This document shows, piece after piece, positions 23,605 through 32,651 of a stretch of 64,000 nucleotides of DNA. The position numbers and the translations under genes were made by a program. Position 1 is the stretch's first letter. The number at the start of each line of letters is the position of its first letter. The notes under the pieces are model-generated. The model saw only the letters and a program-made list of their open reading frames with translations. It did no database searches and had not been told where the DNA came from. Source of the DNA: Sandaracinaceae bacterium (GTDB taxonomy: Bacteria > Myxococcota_A > Polyangia > Polyangiales > Houyiibacteriaceae); assembly GCA_020633055.1 (NCBI GenBank), contig JACKEJ010000017.1, forward strand, positions 80,760 through 144,759, read 5' to 3'.

Positions 23605-25148
23605 CCCAAACGCATCACCGCCGCGCCCTCTCCGTCCGGACACGCTCCTGGCTGCTCTGTGCCTCGGCTGCCCTCGCGCTGCTCGGATGTGGGCGTGGCT
23701 GCGGGAGCGAGCCTGTCGCCGTGTTGGCCCAGGTCGCGGGTACGGTGGAGCGGGACGAGGTCGGTGCCATCGAGGCGTGGCGGACCGCAGCCGTCGACGC
23801 CGGCATCGCGCTCGGAGAAGCCGTGCGCACGGGACCGGACGGCAGCGCACAGCTGCAGCTCCAAGGGGGCGGAGGTCTGCGCATGGGAGCCAACGCGCTG
23901 GTGCGCTTCGGCGGCCAGCCGGACGAGACCCCCACGCTGGAGCTCGGGGGCGGCGAGATCGAGGTGGAGGCGGGTGAGGCCCTCGACATCGTGACCGAGT
24001 TCGGTCCCGTGCGCGTGGAGCGAGGCGGCCGGGTGCGCGCCATCCGTGGCGACGAAGGCACGCAGCTCGAGGTCTTGTTCGGTCTCGCGCAGTTGGAGGA
24101 CGGCGCTCGTCTGACAGCGGGTGAACACTACGCCGGGCCCACGGCGGCGCCCTCCGTCGCCACGGCCGCGGCGGCGCCAGCGGGGCGACCAGACACCGCG
24201 CGGCACGGTCCAGAGGGGGACTCCGCATCGGACCCGGACACGGCCGGGGACTCCACAGAGGCCGACGCGACCGGTGACGATCAAGACGCCGCCAGCACGG
24301 ACATGGACGATGCCCCCGGCGAGGGGACGTTGCGCGGAGACGGCCCACGCTTGCCGAGCGTGTCTCCGGTCGAGTTCAGCGTGGCCGCGGGAGCAGGTGG
24401 CGTGGTCCACCATCCAGCGCCTCCTGCGCTCGTGGGGATTCGCACCGGCTGCGCCGACGGCGAGGTTCGCGTGGCCTCTGGCGGCAGCACCGTCGTCTAC
24501 ACGGGCGGGGGGACGGTGGGTGTGCGGCTGGCCCGCGGGCGCAGTCGCTACGAGGTCTACTGCGGGGGGCAGCTCGGGGCGGGGGGGCAGCTCACGGTGA
24601 CGGGTGACGCCGGGCGGCAGCGCCTCAACACGGCTTCGCAGCGACATGGCGTGGACGCCGACGGGCGCCGCTACACGTTCCTGTACGAGGGCGCGCTCCC
24701 CACCCTCGCGCTGCGTTGGCCCAACGCCCCGAGCGCCGAGCAGTACAGCGTTCGACTGACGGGCACGCGGGGGCGCACGAGGCTCACCAGCTCGTCGCCC
24801 AGCGCCACGGTGCCGCGCTCCGCCCTGCGCGAGGGCGAGCTCACGTTCCAGTTCGAGGGAGGCGGCCGCACGTCGCCCGTGACGCGCGTCACGCTCCGCT
24901 ACGACACCGCCACGCCTACGGCCTATCTGGCGAGTCCACCAGACCGCGGCTTCGGGGCGGGGGCGAGCGTGAGCGTCGCGGGCACGGCTCAGCCAGGATC
25001 ACGCGTGGCCGTGGGCGGGCAAGAGCTCACGTTGGACCGCCGCGGATCCTTCTCGGCGACGGCTACCGCAGACGCGGGGGGGATCGCCGTGCGAATCACG
25101 ACGACGCGGGGGGTGCACTATTTCGTGCGCCGAGCCGCTGGAGGCTGA
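23601..25148 (+). CDS. Putative lipoprotein with an N-terminal FecR-like domain (515 aa)
   Basis: ATGA overlap with the upstream gene. 'LCASAALALLGCG' is lipobox-like. 'GTVERDE...WRTAAVDAGIALGEAVRTGPDGSAQLQLQGGGGLRMGANALVRF' follows the FecR pattern. Confidence 0.6.
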   Translation: MTQTHHRRALSVRTRSWLLCASAALALLGCGRGCGSEPVAVLAQVAGTVERDEVGAIEAWRTAAVDAGIALGEAVRTGPDGSAQLQLQGGGGLRMGANALVRFGGQPDETPTLELGGGEIEVEAGEALDIVTEFGPVRVERGGRVRAIRGDEGTQLEVLFGLAQLEDGARLTAGEHYAGPTAAPSVATAAAAPAGRPDTARHGPEGDSASDPDTAGDSTEADATGDDQDAASTDMDDAPGEGTLRGDGPRLPSVSPVEFSVAAGAGGVVHHPAPPALVGIRTGCADGEVRVASGGSTVVYTGGGTVGVRLARGRSRYEVYCGGQLGAGGQLTVTGDAGRQRLNTASQRHGVDADGRRYTFLYEGALPTLALRWPNAPSAEQYSVRLTGTRGRTRLTSSSPSATVPRSALREGELTFQFEGGGRTSPVTRVTLRYDTATPTAYLASPPDRGFGAGASVSVAGTAQPGSRVAVGGQELTLDRRGSFSATATADAGGIAVRITTTRGVHYFVRRAAGG

Positions 25149-25155
25149 CGGTGTG

Positions 25156-26883
25156 TCAGGGGGTCTCGTCGCCGCCGCGACGGACCGCCACGGGGATGCT
25201 GAAGCTCGCGGCGCGCGGGAGCGGGCCGAAGCGGGTGCCGCGGGCGACACCGAGCAAGCACGCCCCGAGTGGGGTGCCCGCCGTGCTGGCGGGGCTGAGG
25301 TCGACCCCGCGCACGTGTCCGGACTCGTCTACGTCGAAGCGGAAGGTGACCTGGACGCGCTCGATCTCCGAGTGCCGGTCGGCGCACTGTCGAATCGCGC
25401 CTCGCCGCTGCGAGAACGTGCGGGTGAGGGTCGCCGCGGTGACCTCGGCGCGGGGTTGTGGACGTTCCGCCGAGGCCGCGCTCGCGGGTGCCTCTCGAGG
25501 AGGCGCTGGATCCTCTGAGGGCGGCGCGTCCGACGGGAGGCCTTCGGGCGACGTGGGGCTCGCGGCGGTCGGTCCGGTCGCGGGGGCGCGTTCGTCGATG
25601 CCGGCGCCCACGGCGGACACGTCCCCACGGACCAGGATGAACTGGCTTGGCTCCTGCACCGCAGGCGTGCTCAGCCGCCACCAGACGCCGACCCCGATCA
25701 GCGCGAGTGCGAACCCCCCGAAGACCGCGACGAGCAAGCGCCTCGGGCCACCACCTTCAGCGCGCCCCGTCGCCGCCGCGGGCACTACGACCTCGGGGGC
25801 CTCGCTCGGCGGCACGTAGTCGCGCCACATCGCGTCCAGCTCCGCGAGCGAGATGGCCTTCCCGAAGGCGCCGAATGCGGCGCTGGTGAGGTCGCTCTGG
25901 ACGGTCGCCGCGAACCGCTGTGGGGTTCCCGGTGGAAGCGTGGCTCGCAGCCGCTCGGCTAGCTCGGCGGCGCTGGGGACGCGCGAAAGGGGATCCTTCT
26001 GGATGGCTTGCTCGACCACGTCGGCCAGCGCGCTGGGCACCTCGAGCGATGCTTCGTCCAAGCGCTGAGGGGTCTCGTAGATGGCCTTGAAGACGGTCGC
26101 TTCGAGCGTCTTGCCCGCCTGCGCGCGCGTGCCCGACACGAGCCAGTGGAGCACCATCCCCAGGGAGTAGATGTCGGCGGCGGGAGTGGGAGGCGTGCCC
26201 ACGAAGACCTCGGGCGCGACGAACGAGAAATTCCCGCGCACGACGTCGGACCCGTTGATCTGTTCCGTCTTGTCACCCTGACGGCGCGCGATGCCGAAGT
26301 CCGCGAGCTTCACGGTGCCCTCGACGTCGATCAGGATGTTCGCCGGCGTGACGTCACGGTGGATGATCCCGAGGGACGCGCCCTCTGCGTCGCGGCGGGT
26401 GTGGACGTAGTGGAGCGCGTCGGCCACCAACGCACACGCGTGCACGGCCAGGTCCCACGCGAACCCGCGGCGCTGGTCGTTCAGGAAGCGGGCCCAGCGC
26501 CCTATGTCCGCGCCCCGCACGTACTCGAGCACCATGACGTACTGACCGTCCACCTCGTCCAGGTCGATGATGTCGAGGATGTTGGGGTGATCCATCTCCG
26601 ACAGGAGCTTCGCTTCGCGCAAGAACAGGCGCGTGTTGTTCTCGTTCTCGAGGCCGTCCGGGAGGATGCGCTTGACGACCACCGGTCGCACGAAGCCGCC
26701 GACGCCCCCCTCTGCACGCGCGAGGTAGACGACGCCTTGGCCGCCTTGCGCCAGCACGTGCACGGGTCGATAGCGTCCCAACAGCAGCTTCCCGAGCCAG
26801 TCTTCAGCGCGCACGTCGCATTGCACCAGTTTTTCCTGCGGGTGTCCAGCGCGCACTGGCATGGTACGTGGTCGATCATGCAC
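25156..26883 (-). CDS. Ser/Thr protein kinase with one TM helix and an extracytoplasmic TonB-C/AgmX-like C-terminal domain
   Basis: 'VVVKRI', 'HRDVTPANILI', 'DFGIAR', 'APE'. TM 'LLVAVFGGFALALIGVGVWW'. Alternative start at 26862. Confidence 0.9.
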   Translation of the reverse strand: MHDRPRTMPVRAGHPQEKLVQCDVRAEDWLGKLLLGRYRPVHVLAQGGQGVVYLARAEGGVGGFVRPVVVKRILPDGLENENNTRLFLREAKLLSEMDHPNILDIIDLDEVDGQYVMVLEYVRGADIGRWARFLNDQRRGFAWDLAVHACALVADALHYVHTRRDAEGASLGIIHRDVTPANILIDVEGTVKLADFGIARRQGDKTEQINGSDVVRGNFSFVAPEVFVGTPPTPAADIYSLGMVLHWLVSGTRAQAGKTLEATVFKAIYETPQRLDEASLEVPSALADVVEQAIQKDPLSRVPSAAELAERLRATLPPGTPQRFAATVQSDLTSAAFGAFGKAISLAELDAMWRDYVPPSEAPEVVVPAAATGRAEGGGPRRLLVAVFGGFALALIGVGVWWRLSTPAVQEPSQFILVRGDVSAVGAGIDERAPATGPTAASPTSPEGLPSDAPPSEDPAPPREAPASAASAERPQPRAEVTAATLTRTFSQRRGAIRQCADRHSEIERVQVTFRFDVDESGHVRGVDLSPASTAGTPLGACLLGVARGTRFGPLPRAASFSIPVAVRRGGDETP

Positions 26884-27660
26884 TCTTGGCTGATGCCCGT
26901 CCGAGCCTCGCTGGTGAGCGCCTTGCTGGTCCTCTCGATCGGATGCGGACGCTTGGCCTTCCAGACGGTCGAGGGGCGTGACGCGGGCACGGATCAGGGG
27001 GACCCCGGATCGGATCTGGGGCCTGACGACGCGGGTGGTGAGCCCGACGCGGGTGTCACGGGCTTCGCGTTGGGCTGCAGCTTCCCCAGCATCACCGTCA
27101 TCTTGGACGGTGACGCCAACGACACACAGGCTGGCACGACCATGGCGTCTGCGGTCGCGTCGGGGTGCATGCAGTCTCCCGCGATCAGCATGGTGGACCA
27201 GACCCAGGCGGGGCTCCTCGATCCGACCACCTTCGCGCCGTTGTTCGGGGCGACCACCCTCGGGGTGCTCGGCGGAGACTCACTCGTCCAGAACGTGATG
27301 CAGTACCTGACGATGTCGTCCGCGCCCGTGCGCGCCACCTTCCCGGCGGGGCGCTACGTGGTGACGGAACGCGCAGGCGGGACGGTCGTGCTGGACGTGG
27401 CCATCGGCGACATCAGCACGTCGCACGACTATGGCGTCGTGCAGATCATCCGCGACACGCCGTCGAACAGCACCGTGGTGGCGGCCCATGGCTACATCGC
27501 TCAGGGCACGCTCGCCGCCGCGCACTACTTCGCCACGGTCATCGCGCCCAGCTTGCCGACCGAGACGCGCGCGTACTTCGTGCTGGAGTGGACCGACGGG
27601 AACGCGGACACGATCCCCAACACGGGTGACACGTTCACCCTCCTGGCCGACGGCGCTTGA
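26878..27660 (+). CDS. Putative lipoprotein (about 255 aa)
   Basis: 'MHSWLMPVRASLVSALLVLSIGCG' is a signal peptide with a lipobox. Alternative start at 26893. No known domain recognised. Confidence 0.55.
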   Translation: MHSWLMPVRASLVSALLVLSIGCGRLAFQTVEGRDAGTDQGDPGSDLGPDDAGGEPDAGVTGFALGCSFPSITVILDGDANDTQAGTTMASAVASGCMQSPAISMVDQTQAGLLDPTTFAPLFGATTLGVLGGDSLVQNVMQYLTMSSAPVRATFPAGRYVVTERAGGTVVLDVAIGDISTSHDYGVVQIIRDTPSNSTVVAAHGYIAQGTLAAAHYFATVIAPSLPTETRAYFVLEWTDGNADTIPNTGDTFTLLADGA

Positions 27661-27699
27661 GGCGTCGTCGCCATCGACGGCGCACGAGGCCCGTCGGCG

Positions 27700-28896
27700 T
27701 CAGATGCGCATGCGGCGGCGGTCCCCCAGCAGCATGCGTTGGAAGGGGTTGTCGTCGCGGTAGATGTCGCCTGCCAACACGCTGACCACGCCGCGTGTGA
27801 TGTGCGGGTCGGGCGAGTCGTAGAAGAAGACGCGATGCACCAGGTCGGCGTGATAGAAGCGCCCGCACAGCGCGCCGAAGACGTCGTAGGCGTGCTGCAT
27901 GAACGTGGCGAGCGGGGCAGCCAGCTCGGGGTCGGCCTCGGCTCCGCTGCGCAAGGCCGGGTCCAGCTGTTCCACGAGCTTCTCGGCCCCGAACATGGCG
28001 AACGTCACACCGGAGGAGAACACGGGGTCCAAGAAGCACGCCGAGTCGCCCACGCAGGCGTAGCGCGCGCCGTGGGGGGCCGTGTTCTTGTAGCTGTAGT
28101 TCCCGACGCGCACCCCGCCCACGCGGGCGGCTCCCGCGGTGAGCCGCTGCAGCGTGGGTGACCCGTCCAGCAGCTGCTGCAGCGTGTCCTCGCCGATGCC
28201 CTGCTTGGCCATGACGCGGCCGACGCTCAGGCGGTTGCCCGACAGCGGGATGCCCCAGCCCCAGCCGTCCTCGAGCATGAACACCAGCACGTTGCCGGTC
28301 TCGTAGAGCTCGGCGGCCGCAGCGTCCGACAGCCCCTGGAAGTGGCAGCCCACGGCCGCCAAGCCGAGCCCCTCGATGCGCTGGCGCGTGCGCAGCTGTC
28401 CAGCCATGAACGCGTTCTGTCCCGTGGCGTCGACCAGATAGCGCGCACGCAGAAGCTCACCGTTGGCCGTCACCCACACGCCGTCGTCGTCGATGGTCAC
28501 CGCCTCGGCGCGGGTCGCGTAGCGCAGCTCGGCCCCCAGCGCCACGGCCCGCTCGATGAGCATGGTGTCGAAGTCGGCGCGCTCGACCTGGTACGCGTGT
28601 GTCGGGGTGCCAGGGAGGCCGTCGGCGAAGGAGAACGCGACCTGCTCCCCCGTTCGCTCGTCCAGGAAGAGGGCTCCTCGTTTGAAGACGAAGCGCGACG
28701 GATCGGACAAGTCCACGCCCAGGCGCTCGAACAGCGCGAGGTCGGCGGGCAGCAACGACTCTCCGACGTGGAAGCGCGGGAAGGTCTCCTTCTCCAGCAC
28801 CAACACACGGTGGCCCGCGCGCGCCAGGAGGTTCGCAGTGGTGCTGCCAGCGGGCCCCGCACCGAGCACGATGATGTCATACGTTGAGTGGTTCAT
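27700..28896 (-). CDS. Flavin-dependent halogenase-like FAD oxidoreductase (398 aa)
   Basis: ATG at 28896 ('MNHSTYDIIVLGAGPAGSTTANLL', GxGxxG). 'GWGWGIP' matches the WxWxIP halogenase motif. 'FKRGALF' holds a candidate catalytic Lys. ATGA overlap with the upstream KS. Confidence 0.75.
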   Translation of the reverse strand: MNHSTYDIIVLGAGPAGSTTANLLARAGHRVLVLEKETFPRFHVGESLLPADLALFERLGVDLSDPSRFVFKRGALFLDERTGEQVAFSFADGLPGTPTHAYQVERADFDTMLIERAVALGAELRYATRAEAVTIDDDGVWVTANGELLRARYLVDATGQNAFMAGQLRTRQRIEGLGLAAVGCHFQGLSDAAAAELYETGNVLVFMLEDGWGWGIPLSGNRLSVGRVMAKQGIGEDTLQQLLDGSPTLQRLTAGAARVGGVRVGNYSYKNTAPHGARYACVGDSACFLDPVFSSGVTFAMFGAEKLVEQLDPALRSGAEADPELAAPLATFMQHAYDVFGALCGRFYHADLVHRVFFYDSPDPHITRGVVSVLAGDIYRDDNPFQRMLLGDRRRMRI

Positions 28897-30119
28897 GGCG
28901 TACGCAAGAGCAGGGAGGTGTTGATGCCGCCGAACGCAAAGTTGTTGTTCATCACCACCGCGGGGCGTGCGTCGCGTGGTGTGCGGATGTAGTCGAGGGG
29001 CGCGCAGGCCGTGTCGACCTGGTCGAGGTTGCGCGTCGCTGGCAGGAAGCCCTCGCGTATGGCCCCCACGCAAAAGACCGTCTCGATGGCCCCACAGGCC
29101 CCGAGGGTGTGCCCCGTGTGTCCCTTCGTGCTGCTGACCGGTACGCTGCCACCCAGCACCGCGTAGGTGGCCTGGCTCTCGACGACGTCGCCGAGCGTCG
29201 TCGCGGTCGCGTGTGCATTCACGTAGGACACGGCGCTCGGGGGCAAGGCCGCGCTCTCGAGGGCCAGGCGCATGGCGGCGGCCATGCCGTCCGCGGACGG
29301 GGCCGTCACGTGCGTTCCGTCGCAGCTCGAGCCATAGCCCACCACCTCCGCCAGGATGTCGGCGCCGCGCGCGACGGCGCGGTCCCAGCGCTCGAGCACC
29401 ACGCATCCGGCGCCCTCACCCACGACCAGCCCGTCGCGGCCGACGTCGAAGGGGCGCGAGGCGCGCTCCGGGTGCTCGTGGGCGAGCGATGCCGCGTACA
29501 TGCCATCGAAGACCGCGACGTGCGTTGGGTGCAGCTCCTCGGCGCCGCCTGCGAGCATCACGTCCTGCGCGCCCGCGCGGATGGCCTCGTAGGCCTGGCC
29601 AATGGCCATGCTGCCGCTGGCGCATGCCGCACAGGTGGGCAGGACGCGCCCCGTGATGCCGAAGTAGATGGCCAGGTTCGCCGCGCACGTGTGGGCCATG
29701 AACTGCAGGTAGATGCTGGAGCCCCCACCGCGCAGGTCGTTGTCGAGCAGCCAAGCGCGCGCCATGCGCTCCCACGCGTCGCTGCTCCCGTGCGTCGACC
29801 CGAACGCGATGCCGCAGCGACCGGAACGCAGCGTCTCCTCGTCGACGTTCGCCTGGGCGATCGCCTGCTCGCTCGCGTGCAGGGCGAGGCGCGCGACGCG
29901 GCCCATCGTGCGCACCCGCTTGCGGGGCCAGCGTTGCAGGTCGAGGTCGCGGACCTCTGCCACGAGCTGGGCGTCCAGCCCACCGTAGGCGGCGTAGCGG
30001 TCCGTGCGTGTCACGCCGTTCGCGTTGGCCCGGAGCGCGGCGATCGCCGACGTGACATCGCACCCGATGGGTGACGCGAGGCCGACACCCGTGATGGCCA
30101 CTCTCCCCGTGTTCGTCAC
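28893..30119 (-). CDS. Beta-ketoacyl-ACP synthase (KAS I/II-type)
   Basis: GTG at 30119. 'TCAACASGSMAIG' (Cys), 'YVNAHATAT' (His), 'KGHTGHTLGACG' (His), C-terminal 'NNFAFGGINTSLLL'. Confidence 0.9.
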   Translation of the reverse strand: MTNTGRVAITGVGLASPIGCDVTSAIAALRANANGVTRTDRYAAYGGLDAQLVAEVRDLDLQRWPRKRVRTMGRVARLALHASEQAIAQANVDEETLRSGRCGIAFGSTHGSSDAWERMARAWLLDNDLRGGGSSIYLQFMAHTCAANLAIYFGITGRVLPTCAACASGSMAIGQAYEAIRAGAQDVMLAGGAEELHPTHVAVFDGMYAASLAHEHPERASRPFDVGRDGLVVGEGAGCVVLERWDRAVARGADILAEVVGYGSSCDGTHVTAPSADGMAAAMRLALESAALPPSAVSYVNAHATATTLGDVVESQATYAVLGGSVPVSSTKGHTGHTLGACGAIETVFCVGAIREGFLPATRNLDQVDTACAPLDYIRTPRDARPAVVMNNNFAFGGINTSLLLRTP

Positions 30120-30889
30120 GCGGGCTCCACGCGCGTCATCCACGGTTCGCCGCCGTCCAGACTGAGCGGCACGTCCGCGGGCCCGCCGGCCTCGAGCGCG
30201 TCGATGACGTCCAACAAAGGCGCCACCGGGTTGCCCCTGAAGCGCTCGTCGCGTGCGTACCGACCCGCCTGGGACGACTGCCGCATCGGCGCCGACAGGG
30301 TCCCGCGGCAGGTACCGTCCGCCGCGGGGGCGCGGGCGAGCAACAGCGCCACGCCGAGGGCCTCGTGGTCCGAGAACCCCGTCAGCGGGGCCGGCAGCGC
30401 TTCGTCGGCCAGCGCCACCAGCGCCAGCTCGTAGCGGTCGTGGTGCAGGAGGAGCATGGCCTCCAGCAGCGAGAGGGCCACCGTGTCGTGCCCGGCGGCG
30501 ATGGCCGTGGCGTACCCGCGGTTCTCGGCCGCGATGGAGAACATCCCTGCGCCCGTGTTGTGCACGCTGTTCTTGAACCGCGCAGGCGAGAGCAGCCCCT
30601 TGTCCGCTTGGAACATCTCCATCTGGGCGACCGCGATCTCCATCTCGCCGTGGCAGCTCCCGAACACGAGCGCGGGCGTGGAGGCCGGCACACCCGCATC
30701 GGCGCATGCCTGGTGCGCCACCTCCGCCGCCGCCAACGTCAGCATGCTGCACCCGCGCTTGTTGCGGGACGGAACGAAGTCCACGGCTGGTCGGGACGTA
30801 CCGTCCACGGGTACGCCGTCGCGGTACGCGGCGAGGGTGGGGAAGCCCGGGGTGTAGAAGCCGTAGCCGAGGACGTACACCGCCTTCAT
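30116..30889 (-). CDS. KS-N-terminal-like chain-length-factor-type protein (no Cys-His-His triad)
   Basis: 257 aa sandwiched between two KS genes, with 4-nt overlaps on both sides. 'FKNSVHNTGAGMFSIA' is thiolase-fold-like, but no catalytic motifs are seen. Confidence 0.7.
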   Translation of the reverse strand: MKAVYVLGYGFYTPGFPTLAAYRDGVPVDGTSRPAVDFVPSRNKRGCSMLTLAAAEVAHQACADAGVPASTPALVFGSCHGEMEIAVAQMEMFQADKGLLSPARFKNSVHNTGAGMFSIAAENRGYATAIAAGHDTVALSLLEAMLLLHHDRYELALVALADEALPAPLTGFSDHEALGVALLLARAPAADGTCRGTLSAPMRQSSQAGRYARDERFRGNPVAPLLDVIDALEAGGPADVPLSLDGGEPWMTRVEPA

Positions 30890-32070
30890 TCAGGCCTCCC
30901 GAGCAGCACACTGCAGTTGTTTCCGCCGAACGCGAACGAGTTGCTGAGCACGAAGCGCGGACGCAGGTCCACGCGCTCGCTCGGGATGTTCAGCGGGATG
31001 CCCGGATCACGGGGCGTCGAGCCGACGCTCGCCGGGAGGAAGCCCTCCTCGATGGCGACGATGCCGAAGATGGCCTCGACGGCACCGCATGCGCCCAGCG
31101 TGTGCCCCGTGTAGCCTTTCGTGGAGACCACGGGCACCTCGCGCCCCAGCAGTGACTCGACCGCGCAGGACTCGGCGCTGTCGTTGTGCTTGGTGCCGGT
31201 CCCATGCGCGTTGACGTAGTCGACGTCCTCGGCGGTCACGCCGCCCTGCGCGAGCGCCTGTGCCATGGCGTCGCGCGCGCCGCGTCCCTCCGGGTGGGGC
31301 GACGACGGATGGTACGCATCGCTGCTCTCGCCCACACCGAGGAGCATGGCGCGCGGTGCACCGCGACGCTCGACCAGCGCGAACGCCGCCCCTTCGCCGA
31401 TGTTCATACCCGGCCTGTCCTCGCTGAACGGCATGCACGGGCCTTCCGCCATGACGCCCAGGCTGAAGAACCCGCGCACGGTGGTGTGACACAGCGCGTC
31501 CGCCCCGCCGACGAGCACGGCGTCTGCGAGGTTGGCGTCCAGCAAGCGGCGGGCCGACGCGAAGACCTTGCCGCTGGACGAGCAGGCGGTGCTGACGATG
31601 TACCGCGGCCCTTCGAACCCACCCAGCGCGCGGCAGATGTCCGTGGTGATGTGGAACGGGTGCTGGGCCGCGTAGTCGAAGCCGGCCGGGAGCGAACCTT
31701 CATGGTGGTGCGCGGCGTGCGCGACCTCCGTGGCCCAGATGCCGCCGGTGCTCGTGCCCATGACGCATGCGACGCGTGCGGGCCCCCAGGTCGAGACGGC
31801 CCGGACGACTTCGCTCGCGATCGACGCGAAGCCCAGCTGCGTCACGCGGGCAAGTCGGGAGTCGTGCCGGACGATGCGTGCGTCCAGCGTCGGGAGGTCG
31901 CCCGGGATGGTGCCCGTCACGGTCTCGAAGGGCACGGACAGCGGGACGGGGGTGAGCCCGCGCTCGCCGCGGCGGAGGCGCTCCAGCACGGTCGCGGTGT
32001 CACGGCCGAGACCGCACGCGAGCCCGTAGGCCGTGATGGGGTAGGGGGTGACGCGCATCGCCTCGCTCAT
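30886..32070 (-). CDS. Beta-ketoacyl-ACP synthase (KAS I/II-type)
   Basis: ATG at 32070. 'STACSSSGKVF' (Cys), 'YVNAHGTGT' (His), 'KGYTGHTLGACG' (His), 'NSFAFGGNNCSVLL'. Confidence 0.9.
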   Translation of the reverse strand: MSEAMRVTPYPITAYGLACGLGRDTATVLERLRRGERGLTPVPLSVPFETVTGTIPGDLPTLDARIVRHDSRLARVTQLGFASIASEVVRAVSTWGPARVACVMGTSTGGIWATEVAHAAHHHEGSLPAGFDYAAQHPFHITTDICRALGGFEGPRYIVSTACSSSGKVFASARRLLDANLADAVLVGGADALCHTTVRGFFSLGVMAEGPCMPFSEDRPGMNIGEGAAFALVERRGAPRAMLLGVGESSDAYHPSSPHPEGRGARDAMAQALAQGGVTAEDVDYVNAHGTGTKHNDSAESCAVESLLGREVPVVSTKGYTGHTLGACGAVEAIFGIVAIEEGFLPASVGSTPRDPGIPLNIPSERVDLRPRFVLSNSFAFGGNNCSVLLGRPE

Positions 32071-32139
32071 ATCATGGCGCCTCGGACACCGCACGGCGCC
32101 GAGCTTGCTTCCGCGCGAGGAAACGTCTACGACTTGCTC

Positions 32140-32616
32140 ATGGAACGGGTCCCCATGACACCCGAGGGCTTCGCGGCCCTCAAGAGCGAGTTGGCCGAGC
32201 TGAAGGCCGAGCGCCCCAAGATCTCGCAGATGATTGGGGAGGCTGCGGACCATGGCGACCTGAAGGAGAACGCCGAGTACCACGCGGCGCGCGAGAAGCA
32301 GGGCATGGTGGAGGCGCGCATCGCCGTCGTCGAGGACCAGATCTCTCGCGCAGAGGTCATCGATCCAGCCACTCTGGGCGGTGACAAGGTGAAGTTCGGG
32401 GCGTGGGTCGAGCTCGAAGAGGTCGAGTCCGGCGCGACCAAGGTCTACCGGCTGGTGGGCTCCGAGGAGTCCGACGTGGAGAAGGGCTTCATCTCGGTCA
32501 CGTCCCCGGTGGCGCGTGCGCTCATCAACCGTGAGGCGGGTGACGAAGTGACCGTCAAGACCCCGGGGGGCATGCGCACCTACGAGATCACGGCCGTCCG
32601 TTGGTCGCAGCCCTGA
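32140..32616 (+). CDS. greA: Transcription elongation factor GreA
   Basis: 'MTPEGFAALKSELAELK...RPKISQMIGEAADHGDLKENAEYHAAREKQ' and 'ISVTSPVARALINREAGDEVTV'. Confidence 0.93.
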   Translation: MERVPMTPEGFAALKSELAELKAERPKISQMIGEAADHGDLKENAEYHAAREKQGMVEARIAVVEDQISRAEVIDPATLGGDKVKFGAWVELEEVESGATKVYRLVGSEESDVEKGFISVTSPVARALINREAGDEVTVKTPGGMRTYEITAVRWSQP

Positions 32617-32651
32617 GCCCGGCGCCGAGGCACTAGGTCCAGGATAGGCAC

